A stretch of 64,000 bases of DNA from Alphaproteobacteria bacterium (GCA_900769705.1 CAAGHP010000020.1:7600-71599), one strand, 5' to 3'; numbered from the stretch's first letter, positions 17,966-28,580 are shown. The notes: generated by a model not told the origin, from the letters alone. Made by a program: numbers and translations.

Positions 17966-18988
17966 CTAAAATCTTTTACCGTATTGCAGCAATTTGTTCC
18001 TCACGAAACCACGCAACGAAACCTCAGGACGAGCGCCATAGTGACTGATAATTTCGGATGCGGCAATACCTCCTATCATTGCACAGGTACCAAGGCTGCG
18101 TTTATTTACCAAGCCAAATAAGAATCCGGCAGCGTATAAATCTCCTGCTCCGGTAGAATCAACTACTGTTTCAGGTTTTACCGGCTCGGCTTCCACAAAA
18201 ATCTTGACACGACCGTTGACTACTACAGAACCACGTGAATCACGGGTTATAGCGGCAATTTTCACCATTGGTTTAATCATATCGAGAGCAGCGGCAAAAT
18301 CATCTGTTTCGAACAGAGCCTTTAACTCCATTTCATTGGCAAACAGCAAATCAACATGATTTTGAATCAAGTCCAGCATGTGGTCGCGGTGCGATGAAAC
18401 ACAATAGCGGTCAGACACCGTGAATGCCACTTCACGTCCATGTTTATGTGCCAATTCGCAGGCTTTCAGTACGGCTTCATGTGCCATCGGCTCATCCCAT
18501 AAATAGCCTTCAATAAAAATAATTTTGGACTCGCTAATCAGTTTTTCATCAATATCTTCAACCGACAGCTTGCGCGATGCCCCTAAATAGGTAAACATTG
18601 AACGCTGCGCATCCGGCGTAACCAAAACAATACTGCGGCCGGTAGCCGGTCCCTCGTCAAGCGGAGAGGTAAAGCAGTCTATGCCGGCGGCTCCTATATC
18701 ACGTTTAAATACCTGTCCAAGCTCATCATCATGTACTTTGCCGATAAAAGCGCAGTCGGCGCCAAGTGAGGCCATTCCGGCAACGGTATTGGCGGCCGAA
18801 CCGCCTGAAACTTCTCGCTCCGGAATAATATCATTATAAATTTTGCCGGCATCGGCAGCTTCCACCAAAGTCATACAACCTTTGGATAAATTGCGCTCTT
18901 TGAGAAAAGCATCGCCGACTTTAGCTAAAACGTCAACAATGGCATTGCCGATACCAACCACATCATAAACTGTATTTTCTTCGCTCAT
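17966..18988 (-). CDS. PfkB-family carbohydrate/nucleoside kinase, probable adenosine kinase
   Basis: GGSAANT and DSTGAGDLYAAGFL (PfkB signature 2); 340 aa. Confidence 0.8.
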   Translation of the reverse strand: MSEENTVYDVVGIGNAIVDVLAKVGDAFLKERNLSKGCMTLVEAADAGKIYNDIIPEREVSGGSAANTVAGMASLGADCAFIGKVHDDELGQVFKRDIGAAGIDCFTSPLDEGPATGRSIVLVTPDAQRSMFTYLGASRKLSVEDIDEKLISESKIIFIEGYLWDEPMAHEAVLKACELAHKHGREVAFTVSDRYCVSSHRDHMLDLIQNHVDLLFANEMELKALFETDDFAAALDMIKPMVKIAAITRDSRGSVVVNGRVKIFVEAEPVKPETVVDSTGAGDLYAAGFLFGLVNKRSLGTCAMIGGIAASEIISHYGARPEVSLRGFVRNKLLQYGKRF

Positions 18989-19050
18989 TTTTATCCCCTT
19001 TAATTTTATACGCTTTTAGCTTATGCTTTATTTATTCAGATTTCAAGCCG

Positions 19051-19569
19051 TTAAATATGCAAAAGCAAACCCGCAATGGCTGAAAGTATAATATAAAAAA
19101 TTGCACTTTTCTTATAGAACCGCATAGCTAAGACCAAAACTGCCAGCAATCCGGCCGTTTGGTAATTCACAATTGTTTCTTTGGCAATATCCCAACCGGC
19201 AAACAAAATCAACGCCAATACCGCCGGTCTAATACCGCCTAAAACCAGCATAACGTTTGGATTTTCTCTCCATTTGGTTAAAATTTTGGAAATCACATAA
19301 ACTACGATAATCGAAGGCGTTACCAAACTCAAAGTTGCCAAAATACTGCCCAATGCACCGGCGGCTTTATAGCCGGCATAGGTTGCCATATTGATACCGA
19401 CCGGACCGGGAGTAGATTGCGAAACGGCAATCATATCGGTTAATTCTTTGGACGTAAACCAATCGTATTGCTCAGTTAAATCATATAAAAAAGGCACAGT
19501 AACCAATCCGCCGCCAACAGCAAATAAACCGATTTTGAAAAATTCAAACGCCAAAATTAAATAAGTCAT
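19051..19569 (-). CDS. Chromate transporter family protein (short ChrA, half 2)
   Basis: 172 aa, FAVGGGLVTVPF motif; paired with the upstream half-size ChrA (1-nt overlap). Confidence 0.8.
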   Translation of the reverse strand: MTYLILAFEFFKIGLFAVGGGLVTVPFLYDLTEQYDWFTSKELTDMIAVSQSTPGPVGINMATYAGYKAAGALGSILATLSLVTPSIIVVYVISKILTKWRENPNVMLVLGGIRPAVLALILFAGWDIAKETIVNYQTAGLLAVLVLAMRFYKKSAIFYIILSAIAGLLLHI

Positions 19570-20105
19570 TATTTTTTCCTCTGAGAATGTGGAATAAAAG
19601 CACCTGCTGCCGCTAAAATTACAATTGCCACGGCCGACAGGTTAAAGAACAGCAGCAAAACTGCAGCTAATCCGAAAACCAGATAATCACGAACATTGCA
19701 GATACCTTTTTTCCACATGCCGATAACCGTATCAACAATTAAAGCAATAACGCTGACGCGGATGCCGTCAAACGCCCATTGCACATATTGATTATCCATA
19801 TATTGCCGCAACAGCATAGCAACCAGCAGAATAATGATAATTGACGGCGATATAACGCCGAGCGTTGCCCAAATCATTCCCCAGAAACCGCGCAACTGAT
19901 AACCAATAAATGAAGCGGCGTTCACGGCAATAATTCCCGGAGTGCACTGACCGATTGAATAATAGTTCAAAAGTTCTTCTTCAGTAATCCATTTTCTTTT
20001 TTCAACTGCTTCATTTTTCAAAATCGGCAGCATAGCATAACCTCCGCCAAAGGTAAAAATCCCCATCTTGAAAAAAATACTGTATAAATTCCACAATCTA
20101 ACCAT
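19569..20105 (-). CDS. Chromate transporter family protein (short ChrA, half 1)
   Basis: 178 aa, FTFGGGYAMLPIL motif. Confidence 0.8.
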   Translation of the reverse strand: MVRLWNLYSIFFKMGIFTFGGGYAMLPILKNEAVEKRKWITEEELLNYYSIGQCTPGIIAVNAASFIGYQLRGFWGMIWATLGVISPSIIIILLVAMLLRQYMDNQYVQWAFDGIRVSVIALIVDTVIGMWKKGICNVRDYLVFGLAAVLLLFFNLSAVAIVILAAAGAFIPHSQRKK

Positions 20106-20188
20106 TTGGCTATATTTCCTTTGCTTTTAAATTTTGCTTATTATATAAATGTAATGAGCCTGCAATGCAAGCATTTTATGAGGTTGTA

Positions 20189-21190
20189 ATGATTGTCGGA
20201 ATTGTAAAGGAAAGTCCTGCTTGGGAATATCGAGTTGCAGTTGTGCCACAAACCGTGAAACAGCTTATCACGGACGGACATACCGTAAATATCGAAACGG
20301 GAGCCGGAGAAAGAGCCGGTTTCAGCGATGAGCAATACCGGGAAGCCGGAGCCAATATATTGCACACGGCAGCCGACGTTTATGAAAAATCAGAATTTAT
20401 AGCAAAAATTTGGGCGCCTAAGGAAAATGAATATGTTTTTTTGCATGAAAATTTGTGGATATTAGCTAATTTTGAAAGTTATAAAAATCCTGAACGTACG
20501 GAAATTTGGAAAAAATACAAAATAAATGCTTTGGCTTTTGAACGGCTGCCGCGCCTGTCGCGTGTGCAGGATATTGACACTTTGTCGTCTCAACACAATC
20601 TGGCCGGTTATAAAGCGGCTTTATTAGCCATGGATATGCAAACTAAAACCGTGCCGCTGATGATGACGGCTGCCGGCACGCTTATGCCGATGAAAGCGCT
20701 TGTAATCGGTACAGGTGTTTCCGGACTTCAGGCGATTGCTACACTGCAGCGCATGGGGGCGCAGGTGTATGGTTCGGATATCCGGCAGGATACAGAAGAT
20801 CAGGTTAAATCTTTAGGAGCGCAATTTGTTCCGTTTAATAATGTAGAAATTAACAAACTTCTGCCAAGCTGCAGTATTGTGATTGCCTCGGTAGCGGTTA
20901 TCAGCGGAAAGGCGCCGCAGGTGCTGACTTTGAACCAGCTGCAAAGACTGCCGTTCGGCTCAGTGGTTTTGGATATGGCCGGAGGTAATGTGGAATCCAG
21001 CATCGACGGCCGTTTGATGGATAATGAGCACTACAAGCTGCTTGCGGATTCGCATTTGGCTTCGGATGTGGCAAATTCCGCCAGTTTATTACATTCGCGC
21101 AATGTCTATAATTTTATCAGACGGATTGATGTAATTAAACAAGATTACGAAGTATGGACACAGATTTTATTGACTGAAGCGGAGGCCTAA
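20189..21190 (+). CDS. pntAA: NAD(P) transhydrogenase subunit alpha part 1 (dI)
   Basis: Start moved to MIVGIVKE (GAGG RBS 5 nt upstream), aligning with the canonical MKIxxPKE start. Rossmann motif VIGTGVSGLQAIAT. Confidence 0.9.
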   Translation: MIVGIVKESPAWEYRVAVVPQTVKQLITDGHTVNIETGAGERAGFSDEQYREAGANILHTAADVYEKSEFIAKIWAPKENEYVFLHENLWILANFESYKNPERTEIWKKYKINALAFERLPRLSRVQDIDTLSSQHNLAGYKAALLAMDMQTKTVPLMMTAAGTLMPMKALVIGTGVSGLQAIATLQRMGAQVYGSDIRQDTEDQVKSLGAQFVPFNNVEINKLLPSCSIVIASVAVISGKAPQVLTLNQLQRLPFGSVVLDMAGGNVESSIDGRLMDNEHYKLLADSHLASDVANSASLLHSRNVYNFIRRIDVIKQDYEVWTQILLTEAEA

Positions 21191-21484
21191 ATGGATGATA
21201 TTTATCTTTTGACAATTTTTATTCTGTCCGCGTTTTTAGGATATTTTACGGTATGGCGAGTTTCGCCGTCGCTGCATGCTCCTTTGATGAGCGCCACCAA
21301 TGCCATAAGCGGGCTGACGGTGCTTGGCGCCATTATTATTGCCGGAAAAAACACTGATCCGAAAGTTTTGGCAATGAGTCTTACGGCAATATTTTTAGCT
21401 TCTATTAACTTGTTTGGCGGTTTGATGGTTACCATACGTATGCTGGAACTTTTCAGAAAAAAGGAGAATAAAAAGCATGATTAG
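21191..21484 (+). CDS. pntAB: NAD(P) transhydrogenase subunit alpha part 2 (membrane dII-a)
   Basis: 97 aa, 3 TM helices, lying between the dI gene and pntB. Confidence 0.88.
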   Translation: MDDIYLLTIFILSAFLGYFTVWRVSPSLHAPLMSATNAISGLTVLGAIIIAGKNTDPKVLAMSLTAIFLASINLFGGLMVTIRMLELFRKKENKKHD

Positions 21485-22799
21485 CTCGCTTCTTTATCTG
21501 TTTTCGGCTTTTTTAATGGTTATTGCCATAGATAGTTTGTCTTCCCTGTCCCGCGTGGTCAGAGGATATCATATTGCCATTGTTTCCGTCGGAATTGCCT
21601 TGCTGACCTGCATGACTATAAATATACAGTATAACGCGCTGTGGATTGTTTTGACGCTTTTAGCCGGCGGAGGCATCGGAGTTATATTCGCTTTACGCGT
21701 TCAACTTTCAAAACTGCCGCAAATGGTTGCTTTGCTTAACGGCGTCGGTGGCTTGGCTTCAGCTTTTATTGTCTGCTGCCCATTCAAATACAGCAAAGAA
21801 AATTTTTTGGAAATGCTGTGCGTTATTATCGGCCTGATGACTTTCAGCGGTTCAATGATTGCTTTCGCCAAACTGCACGGTCGGCTGCACAAAAATTTTG
21901 ATTGGTTCAAATGGCTCAGCGTGGGGCTTGAAATTCTACTGCTGGCAAATGCCGGATATTTTATACAGACCGATAACGGTTTCGGAGGAATAATAGTTTT
22001 ATCGCTTTTAATCGGCATTTGCGGCACTATGCCGATTGGCGGCGCCGATATGCCGGTAGTTATTTCTTTGCTGAATTCGCTTTCCGGCTGGGCAGTGGTT
22101 TTAGTCGGCTTGCTGGCCGGCGATTTGCTGCTGATTATTACCGGTACTTTAGTGGGCGCCAGCGGCACGATTTTATCTTATGTAATGAGTAAAGCGATGA
22201 ACCGCTCGCTTTTGAAGATTATTTGGCCTTCACATAAAAAAAACGAAAAAGAAAATGTTTCGGCCGGTATTGTAAAAAAAGGTTCAGCCGAAGAAGCCGC
22301 TTTCATTATGGAAAATGCTCGCAATATTATTATTGTCCCCGGATTCGGCATGGCCGCTGCACATGCTCAGATAGCCTTAAAAAGCATGAGCGATATCTTG
22401 ACGGACAAATACGGCGTCAATGTGCGTTATGCCATTCATCCGGTGGCCGGACGTATGCCTGGGCACATGAATGTTTTGCTGGCAGAAGCTCAAGTACCGT
22501 ATGACAATATTTTTGCAATGGAAGATATAAATCCGGATTTTGCTTCAGCCGATGTGGTGTATGTTATAGGAGCTAATGATATTACAAATCCGCTTGCTAA
22601 AACCGATGCTAATTCGCCGCTGTACGGAATGCCGATATTGGAAGTTTCAAAAGCCAAAACCGTATTTCTTGTCAAACGCTCTATGGCTACCGGTTATTCC
22701 GGCGTGGATAATCCGTTGTTTTATGCTCCGAATACGATTATGTTGTTCGGCGATGCCAAGCAGGTGACGGAAAATATTTTGAAAGTCTTAGAAAAATAA
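21477..22799 (+). CDS. pntB: NAD(P) transhydrogenase subunit beta
   Basis: 440 aa; membrane N-terminal half plus dIII with PGFGMAAAHAQ and HPVAGRMPGHMNVLLAEA. Confidence 0.93.
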   Translation: MISSLLYLFSAFLMVIAIDSLSSLSRVVRGYHIAIVSVGIALLTCMTINIQYNALWIVLTLLAGGGIGVIFALRVQLSKLPQMVALLNGVGGLASAFIVCCPFKYSKENFLEMLCVIIGLMTFSGSMIAFAKLHGRLHKNFDWFKWLSVGLEILLLANAGYFIQTDNGFGGIIVLSLLIGICGTMPIGGADMPVVISLLNSLSGWAVVLVGLLAGDLLLIITGTLVGASGTILSYVMSKAMNRSLLKIIWPSHKKNEKENVSAGIVKKGSAEEAAFIMENARNIIIVPGFGMAAAHAQIALKSMSDILTDKYGVNVRYAIHPVAGRMPGHMNVLLAEAQVPYDNIFAMEDINPDFASADVVYVIGANDITNPLAKTDANSPLYGMPILEVSKAKTVFLVKRSMATGYSGVDNPLFYAPNTIMLFGDAKQVTENILKVLEK

Positions 22800-22808
22800 A
22801 CCTATACA

Positions 22809-22849
22809 AAAATACCTGCTTTTCATAAAGAAAAGCAGGTATTTTTTTT
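22809..22849. terminator. Bidirectional rho-independent terminator
   Basis: 14-bp stem AATACCTGCTTTTC (22811-22824) / GAAAAGCAGGTATT (22830-22843), flanked by an A-run and a T-run, between convergent genes. Confidence 0.9.
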
Positions 22850-23510
22850 ACTCCTCGATAATTTTGATATTACCATAAGAGTATGTTTTTGTCTTTGGCT
22901 CCGTCTTTGGCTCAATAAAAGCATCGACTTTAGCCTCAACTTTTTCTTTAACAGAACTGAAAGCTGATTTGAAATCAGCAGTAACTTTTGCTAAAGGATT
23001 CTGTTTGCTTGCAACCGCAGTTTGTCGCAGTCCATGATTTTCTACAAAATCAACAGGTGCTTTTTCCAACGCTTCATATCGTTCAAAATCTCGGAACGAA
23101 CTCTTGATAACGGTATGAACAACGCTCTGGCCTTTCAGAACATCTGCCCAAAGAAGCGACTTGGCAACATAGGTTTTACCATTGGTAAAAAACACTTTGA
23201 TACCGTTTTCCACAATTGATGTTGAATCCACTTGGAGTAACTCGCTGGTATACTCCTTGTTGGAAATAACACCTTTAAACGATGAATCTTTATCATTACC
23301 TTTGTAAGAAACTATTTTATAGTCTCCTACGCCGTTGTCCTTGAGAGCAAGATATTGTGCGGCAGTAATGCTGACATAAGACCCGTCAACACCATAAGCC
23401 ATCAAAGCACGACCTTTTACATAGCTTTTAACCGGCACAAAAGTTTGAGCGCTCACTGCAACACAAACAAAAACAAACACTACGAAAAACAAAAACTTCT
23501 TCATAATCAA
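22848..23510 (-). CDS. Hypothetical secreted protein
   Basis: Signal peptide MKKFLFFVVFVFVCVAVSAQT; no domain recognised. Confidence 0.6.
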   Translation of the reverse strand: MIMKKFLFFVVFVFVCVAVSAQTFVPVKSYVKGRALMAYGVDGSYVSITAAQYLALKDNGVGDYKIVSYKGNDKDSSFKGVISNKEYTSELLQVDSTSIVENGIKVFFTNGKTYVAKSLLWADVLKGQSVVHTVIKSSFRDFERYEALEKAPVDFVENHGLRQTAVASKQNPLAKVTADFKSAFSSVKEKVEAKVDAFIEPKTEPKTKTYSYGNIKIIEE

Positions 23511-23685
23511 GAAAATTTAAATTAGATGAATAATTGGAAAGCTCTTGTATTCGCAATAATAATAACGATAAGAGGTTTCCATAATAATTTTTTAGACAAA
23601 TACAGAGTAGCATAGATTTTGGCAAAATTCAAGATATTTTTAGAAAAATAAGCCGCTGGAAAAGCAGGCTGATAAATAAATTAAA

Positions 23686-23727
23686 CCCCGCTGAAACTTA
23701 AATCCGGCGGGGCTTTGATTTTTTTTT
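23686..23727. terminator. Hairpin/terminator downstream of cysS
   Basis: CCCCGC (23686-23691) pairs with GCGGGG (23707-23712). There is a T-run on the plus side and a T-rich tract on the minus side. Confidence 0.4.
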
Positions 23728-25099
23728 ATAACTTTTTCCACGTTGTGCCGGCCGCACTGTCTTCCAGCACGATTCCGCGTTCTTTCAGCTCGTTGCGGAT
23801 AGCATCGGCAGTCGCCCAATCCTTATTCTTTTTAGCTTCGGTACGTTTTGCTATCAATGCTTCTATTTCGGCATCATCAGAAGCCGCACCTTTAAACCAG
23901 CTTTCAGCATCGTTATATAATAAACCAAGCATATAAGCGTTAGCCAAAAGTTCTGATTTATATTTTATGCGCTCTTCTTTGGTTTCGGCTTTATTCAAAT
24001 TACCCAAAGTTTCGTGCAAGTATGACAGGGCTAGCGGTGTGTTTAAATCATCGCACAAAGCAGCTATCAACTTTTCGCTTGGTTCAGCTTTTTCGGCTGG
24101 AATATCGGCGTTTTTCAGTAAAGCGTTATAAAATTTATCCAAAATGTTTTTAGCCTGTTCCAAACCTTCAAACGTAAAATTAAATGGCTGATGATAGTGA
24201 GTGGTTAAAAACAGCAGACGCAAAGCTTCGGCCGGATATTTAGCCAATATTTCATCAACAGTATAAAAATTGCCTAGCGATTTAGACATTTTTACGCCGT
24301 TAATCATCAGCATGCCGGTATGCACCCAATAGTGGGCAAAATGTGTTCCCGGATAAGCACAGCAAGACTGCGCGCACTCATTTTCATGGTGCGGAAAGAT
24401 TAAATCCGAACCGCCGCCGTGAATATCAAAATCATTGCCCAGCAATTTGGAACTCATGGCAGAGCATTCCAAATGCCACCCCGGACGGCCATAACCCCAC
24501 GGACTATCCCACCCAGGTTGATCGGCATCAGATGGTTTCCACAAAATAAAGTCGGCAGGATTCTTTTTATAGTCGGCAATTTCCACCCGCGCGCCGGCAA
24601 CCATTTCTTTCATTGAGCGACCGGATAAAAAACCATAGTTCGGCATAGAATCCACATCAAACAAAACTTGCTTGTCAGCAATATAAGCATGACCGTTTTT
24701 TAGAAGCAATTCCACCAGTTTAATCATCTCCGGAATATATTCCGTAGCGCGCGGACGATAATTCGGCGACAGAACATTCAGTTTTTTCATATCGTCAATA
24801 TACCAGTTATATGTCTGTTCCGTGATTTCACGGATAGATTTTCCGGTTTCTTTGTGCTTGTTTAAAATTTTATCATCAACATCGGTAATGTTAGAAACAT
24901 AGGTAACATGCTCTTTACCATAAACATAGCACAGCAAACGATACAAAACATCATACACCACTGGAGTTTTGGCATTGCCTAAATGTGCTTTGTCATAAAC
25001 AGTCGGTCCGCAGACATACATACGCACATTGTTTGCGTCAATCGGAATAAATTTATCCTTACGCTGTTTCAAGGTATTATGCAAATATATTTCCGGCAT
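23726..25099 (-). CDS. cysS: Cysteine--tRNA ligase
   Basis: HLGN (HIGH-type) and KMSKS motifs; 457 aa. Confidence 0.96.
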   Translation of the reverse strand: MPEIYLHNTLKQRKDKFIPIDANNVRMYVCGPTVYDKAHLGNAKTPVVYDVLYRLLCYVYGKEHVTYVSNITDVDDKILNKHKETGKSIREITEQTYNWYIDDMKKLNVLSPNYRPRATEYIPEMIKLVELLLKNGHAYIADKQVLFDVDSMPNYGFLSGRSMKEMVAGARVEIADYKKNPADFILWKPSDADQPGWDSPWGYGRPGWHLECSAMSSKLLGNDFDIHGGGSDLIFPHHENECAQSCCAYPGTHFAHYWVHTGMLMINGVKMSKSLGNFYTVDEILAKYPAEALRLLFLTTHYHQPFNFTFEGLEQAKNILDKFYNALLKNADIPAEKAEPSEKLIAALCDDLNTPLALSYLHETLGNLNKAETKEERIKYKSELLANAYMLGLLYNDAESWFKGAASDDAEIEALIAKRTEAKKNKDWATADAIRNELKERGIVLEDSAAGTTWKKL

Positions 25100-25112
25100 T
25101 TTTATCCTCCTG

Positions 25113-26435
25113 TTAAGCTTTTTGCCCTAACAAACGCTTTTCAGCTTTTTCGTAGCCGATTAACGGCAGCAAAGTTTTGAGTTCCGGTCCGTCATCCAGA
25201 GCAGTCAATGCTTTGCGTAACGGATGAAACAGCTCGCGACCTTTTTTGCCGCTTTGGACTTTTAAGGCAGACAGCCATTCATTGAATGTGTTTTCATTCC
25301 AAGTCTCAGCCGGTAATAATTCAGCCGCTAAATCAGTTAAGGCTTTATCTTCAATAATCGGAGTAACCTCTTTGTGGCAAATGTTTTCCCAAACTTTTAC
25401 ATCGTCTACCACATCCAAATTAGCACGCACATCATTCCAAAACGTTTCATCGGCGTCAATGCGGTCTTTTACCAAACTATATGGCATGGAGCGCACAACT
25501 TTGGTGTTGAAATGTTTCAGCTCTTCTTCATCAAACTTAGGCTGAGAACGACCAAGCTTAGTAAAATCTAAAGAGGCAGCCAGTTCGTCTAAAGAGTAAT
25601 ACGGCTCTATGGCATCAGAAGTGCCGAGTTTTGCCAAAAAAGAACAAATTGCCATGGCTTCAACGCCCTCAGCTTTCAATTCACGCACCCCCAAGCTGCC
25701 CAAACGTTTAGACAGCTTACCCTCAGTACCTGTCAGCAGTGGCAAGTGAGCAAAAGTCGGAACTTTACCGCCAATGGCTTCAAACATCTGAATCTGCGAG
25801 GCCGTGTTTGTCGTATGGTCTTCGCCGCGCACAATGTGAGTAATGCCGAAGTCGCTGTCATCAATGCAGGATGGCAAATGATACAGATAGCTGCCGTCTT
25901 CACGGATAATAATCGGGTCGCTGAGTTTTTCGGACTCATAGCGGCAATGGCCGCGCACAATATCATTCCACTCTATCACGCCATCCAACAGCTTAAAACG
26001 ATAGTGCGGCTTGCGTCCCTCAGCTTTAAATTTTGCCAAATCTTCAGCAGTATAATGCAGAGCCTGACGGTCATAAACCGGAGCTAGCCCCTTTGCCATA
26101 GCGCGTTTGCGCTTAATTTCCAGTTCTTCAGGAGTTTCATAGCAAGCATAAATTCTACCCTCTGCCATAAGCTTTTCTTTAACTTCATTATAGCGGTCAA
26201 AACGAGCCGACTGACGAGCTTCTTCACTCCAGTCAAAACCCAACCACACCAAGCTTTCACGCATGGCGTCCTCATATTCTTTTTTGGAGCGGAGGCGGTC
26301 GGTATCATCAATTCTCAGCATAAATTTACCGCCGAGCTTTTTAGCCAGCAGCCAGTTAAACAAAGCTGTTCTGGTGTTGCCTATGTGCATAAAGCCGGTT
26401 GGGCTTGGTGCAAATCTTACTTTTATTTCAGACAT
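25113..26435 (-). CDS. gltX: Glutamate--tRNA ligase
   Basis: RFAPSPTGFMHIGNTRTALFNW and KLSKR motifs; 440 aa. Confidence 0.95.
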   Translation of the reverse strand: MSEIKVRFAPSPTGFMHIGNTRTALFNWLLAKKLGGKFMLRIDDTDRLRSKKEYEDAMRESLVWLGFDWSEEARQSARFDRYNEVKEKLMAEGRIYACYETPEELEIKRKRAMAKGLAPVYDRQALHYTAEDLAKFKAEGRKPHYRFKLLDGVIEWNDIVRGHCRYESEKLSDPIIIREDGSYLYHLPSCIDDSDFGITHIVRGEDHTTNTASQIQMFEAIGGKVPTFAHLPLLTGTEGKLSKRLGSLGVRELKAEGVEAMAICSFLAKLGTSDAIEPYYSLDELAASLDFTKLGRSQPKFDEEELKHFNTKVVRSMPYSLVKDRIDADETFWNDVRANLDVVDDVKVWENICHKEVTPIIEDKALTDLAAELLPAETWNENTFNEWLSALKVQSGKKGRELFHPLRKALTALDDGPELKTLLPLIGYEKAEKRLLGQKA

Positions 26436-26511
26436 TTATTTTCCTATATTTTTGCGCAAATTAATTTAAAATCTTTGCGTATCATATAAAGGTTGTTGTC
26501 TGATTTCAACC

Positions 26512-27180
26512 CTAAAATGCGGAGCTTTTTAACTTTTCTGCATTTTTTTGCTGATTATCGGTAGTAACTGTCTGCAAATCTTCCAAAAACCATTCCATAT
26601 CTTCATCGCTGTCATTATATATCATTTTATAAAAGCGGTCACGAAATGCCAAAAGCAAGCTGCTTTCGCCTATTTTTAAATCTTGCACCTGAATATTGCC
26701 GCCGTTTTTGACAAGCACAAACAAAACATTGAAGCCGGCCTGAACGCTTTTTTCCGTATCAACAGGTTCTTTCAGACTTATATTACACCAAACATCTGCG
26801 CCTTTTTTGGCCGGCAGAACTTTTGTGACGCTAAAAGCAATATCACCTTCTCCCAAATTAAGCGGATAGCCTTTATACAAACTGTTTACATATTGCTTAA
26901 ACAGCGGTACATATTGCTTCTGCTGCTCTGCAGTCATTTTTCTCCAATATTTGCCGACAGCAAATTTAGCGGCGTGATCTAAATCTATATCTTTATAAAA
27001 AATCTCGTCCAACGCTTTATATTTGCGTTCTAAATTTGTATCCGCCAAAATCTGCAAAATTTGACTGCCCTTGGAATTTGCCCATTTTTCCGCTTCTTTT
27101 ACACCGATTTGCGCAGCCCAACTGTTTGTTTCGGCAAACAAAACGGCAAAAAATATCATAAGTCTTAACAAAACTTTCAT
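26512..27180 (-). CDS. mlaC: MlaC/Ttg2D-family phospholipid-binding periplasmic protein
   Basis: Signal peptide; AAKFAVGKYWRKMTAEQQKQYVPLFKQYVNSLYKGY and ...DLKIGESSLLLAFRDRF match the MlaC-family pattern (from memory). Confidence 0.65.
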   Translation of the reverse strand: MKVLLRLMIFFAVLFAETNSWAAQIGVKEAEKWANSKGSQILQILADTNLERKYKALDEIFYKDIDLDHAAKFAVGKYWRKMTAEQQKQYVPLFKQYVNSLYKGYPLNLGEGDIAFSVTKVLPAKKGADVWCNISLKEPVDTEKSVQAGFNVLFVLVKNGGNIQVQDLKIGESSLLLAFRDRFYKMIYNDSDEDMEWFLEDLQTVTTDNQQKNAEKLKSSAF

Positions 27181-27244
27181 CTTTATTTTGTATCCTGCCT
27201 GTTACATATTACTGATACAGATTAACACAAAAATGGTTAATAAG

Positions 27245-28330
27245 ATGAAAAAATTTTTAAAATTAAGTATATTATCGTTTTTTTTGCCGGCGTTGGCACA
27301 AGCTCAGCAGATTCCGCAATTTCAAGAACCGATCTATTATGAAGAACCGGTTTACTATCATCCTCTGGCACCGCAGGTTCAGCAACAGCGCAGCCCCATA
27401 GAACAAATTGTCTGGAACAACAAAGTTCGCTGCGGCAGCGATATGAGTGTCAAAACCTATGCTCATAAAGAAGACGGCGTATGGAGCGGTATTGATGCTG
27501 ATTTATGCCGCATAATTGCTCAGGCTCTATTAGGCGACAACCGAAAAATTCAGATGGTAAACGTATCACAAAAAAATATGTCGCGCGCTTTGGATGAAGA
27601 CAGAATTGATATTATGCTGAGCGGCGGTTCATATTCCGCCAAAACCGAAACTTCGCGCCAAGCCTTGAGCGCAGGTTTTCTCTATTATGACCACCAGATG
27701 CTGATGGTGCATAAAGATGATCCGGAAGATTTGAAAGAATATAAAGGCAAAAAAATCTGCATTTCTACCGATTCTGACTATTATAAAAATTTTGATGATT
27801 TTAACTGGAACAATGACTTAGGCATGCGCTATTTGACTTTTAACACTCTGAAAGAAGCCAAAGAAGCCTTCTTATTAAACCGCTGCAAAATGATGACCGC
27901 CAGCGGCCTGATGCTGCACGGCATTTTAAAAGATTTGCCAGGCTCCAATGCCAAAATTTTGCCGCAGCAAATTGCTCTGCATCCGGTATATGCCTATGTT
28001 CAACGCGATAACGCCGAATTGCGTTTAGCGCTGAAATGGATATTTAATGCACTGTTTTTGGCTGAAAAATACGATATAAACGCTCAAAATTTAAGCTTTT
28101 TCACGTCCAATGATAATCCTGAAATCCGCAATTTGCTAGGAGATGACGAGCAGCTGTGGACAGACCTGAAAGTAAAACCAGGCTGGCTGAAAGAAGTTGT
28201 TTCTTTATTTGGCAATTATCGTGATATTTTTGATAAAGATTTAGGAGAAGATTCAGAATATCATCTGCAGCGAAATGAAGGAAAGCTGGTCAAAGACGGC
28301 GGCACCATCTACCCCCTGCCGTTTATGTAA
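27245..28330 (+). CDS. Amino-acid ABC transporter substrate-binding protein (AapJ/BztA-like)
   Basis: Start placed at MKKFLKLSILSFFLPALAQAQQ (signal peptide); the 27071 start would overlap the divergent mlaC. It has a Q/P-rich linker and then an SBP type-3-like core (VRCGSD...GIDADLCRIIAQALLGD...DIMLSG). Confidence 0.7.
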   Translation: MKKFLKLSILSFFLPALAQAQQIPQFQEPIYYEEPVYYHPLAPQVQQQRSPIEQIVWNNKVRCGSDMSVKTYAHKEDGVWSGIDADLCRIIAQALLGDNRKIQMVNVSQKNMSRALDEDRIDIMLSGGSYSAKTETSRQALSAGFLYYDHQMLMVHKDDPEDLKEYKGKKICISTDSDYYKNFDDFNWNNDLGMRYLTFNTLKEAKEAFLLNRCKMMTASGLMLHGILKDLPGSNAKILPQQIALHPVYAYVQRDNAELRLALKWIFNALFLAEKYDINAQNLSFFTSNDNPEIRNLLGDDEQLWTDLKVKPGWLKEVVSLFGNYRDIFDKDLGEDSEYHLQRNEGKLVKDGGTIYPLPFM

Positions 28331-28454
28331 ACTGACAAATAAATTCTATATAATTTTTAAGGAACTAAACCAATAAATATGGTTATCTGACAAAAATAAC
28401 AAAGACAAATTAAACACCGCAAACGCGCTGTGTGCAACGATTTGAAAAAAATGC

Positions 28455-28483
28455 TTGATTTCTGTATTTTTATATTATATAAG
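28455..28483 (+). promoter_or_regulatory. Candidate promoter for tRNA-Trp
   Basis: TTGATT (28455-28460), 17 nt, TATAAG (28478-28483), 15 nt before the tRNA 5' end. Confidence 0.4.
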
Positions 28484-28498
28484 ACTTAAAGATTTTAT

Positions 28499-28574
28499 AG
28501 GGGTATAGCTCAGTTGGTAGAGCATCGGTCTCCAAAACCGAGTGTCGTGAGTTCGAATCTTACTGCCCCTGCCA
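28499..28574 (+). tRNA. tRNA-Trp (anticodon CCA)
   Basis: Hand-folded. Acceptor AGGGGTA/TGCCCCT, D arm GCTC-AGTTGGTA-GAGC, anticodon stem TCGGT/ACCGA with loop CTCCAAA, T arm GTGAG-TTCGAAT-CTTAC, encoded CCA. Confidence 0.93.
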
Positions 28575-28580
28575 AAACAA

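Noticed and set aside
19051-20105. Split or frameshifted chrA pseudogene.
   Set aside because: Both halves are intact ORFs with their own ChrA-type GGG motifs and a 1-nt ATGA-style overlap. This matches the known two-gene short-ChrA arrangement rather than a disrupted gene.
27071-27244. N-terminal extension of the substrate-binding protein (419-aa version).
   Set aside because: The extension overlaps the divergent mlaC coding region. A canonical signal peptide begins at the Met at 27245.
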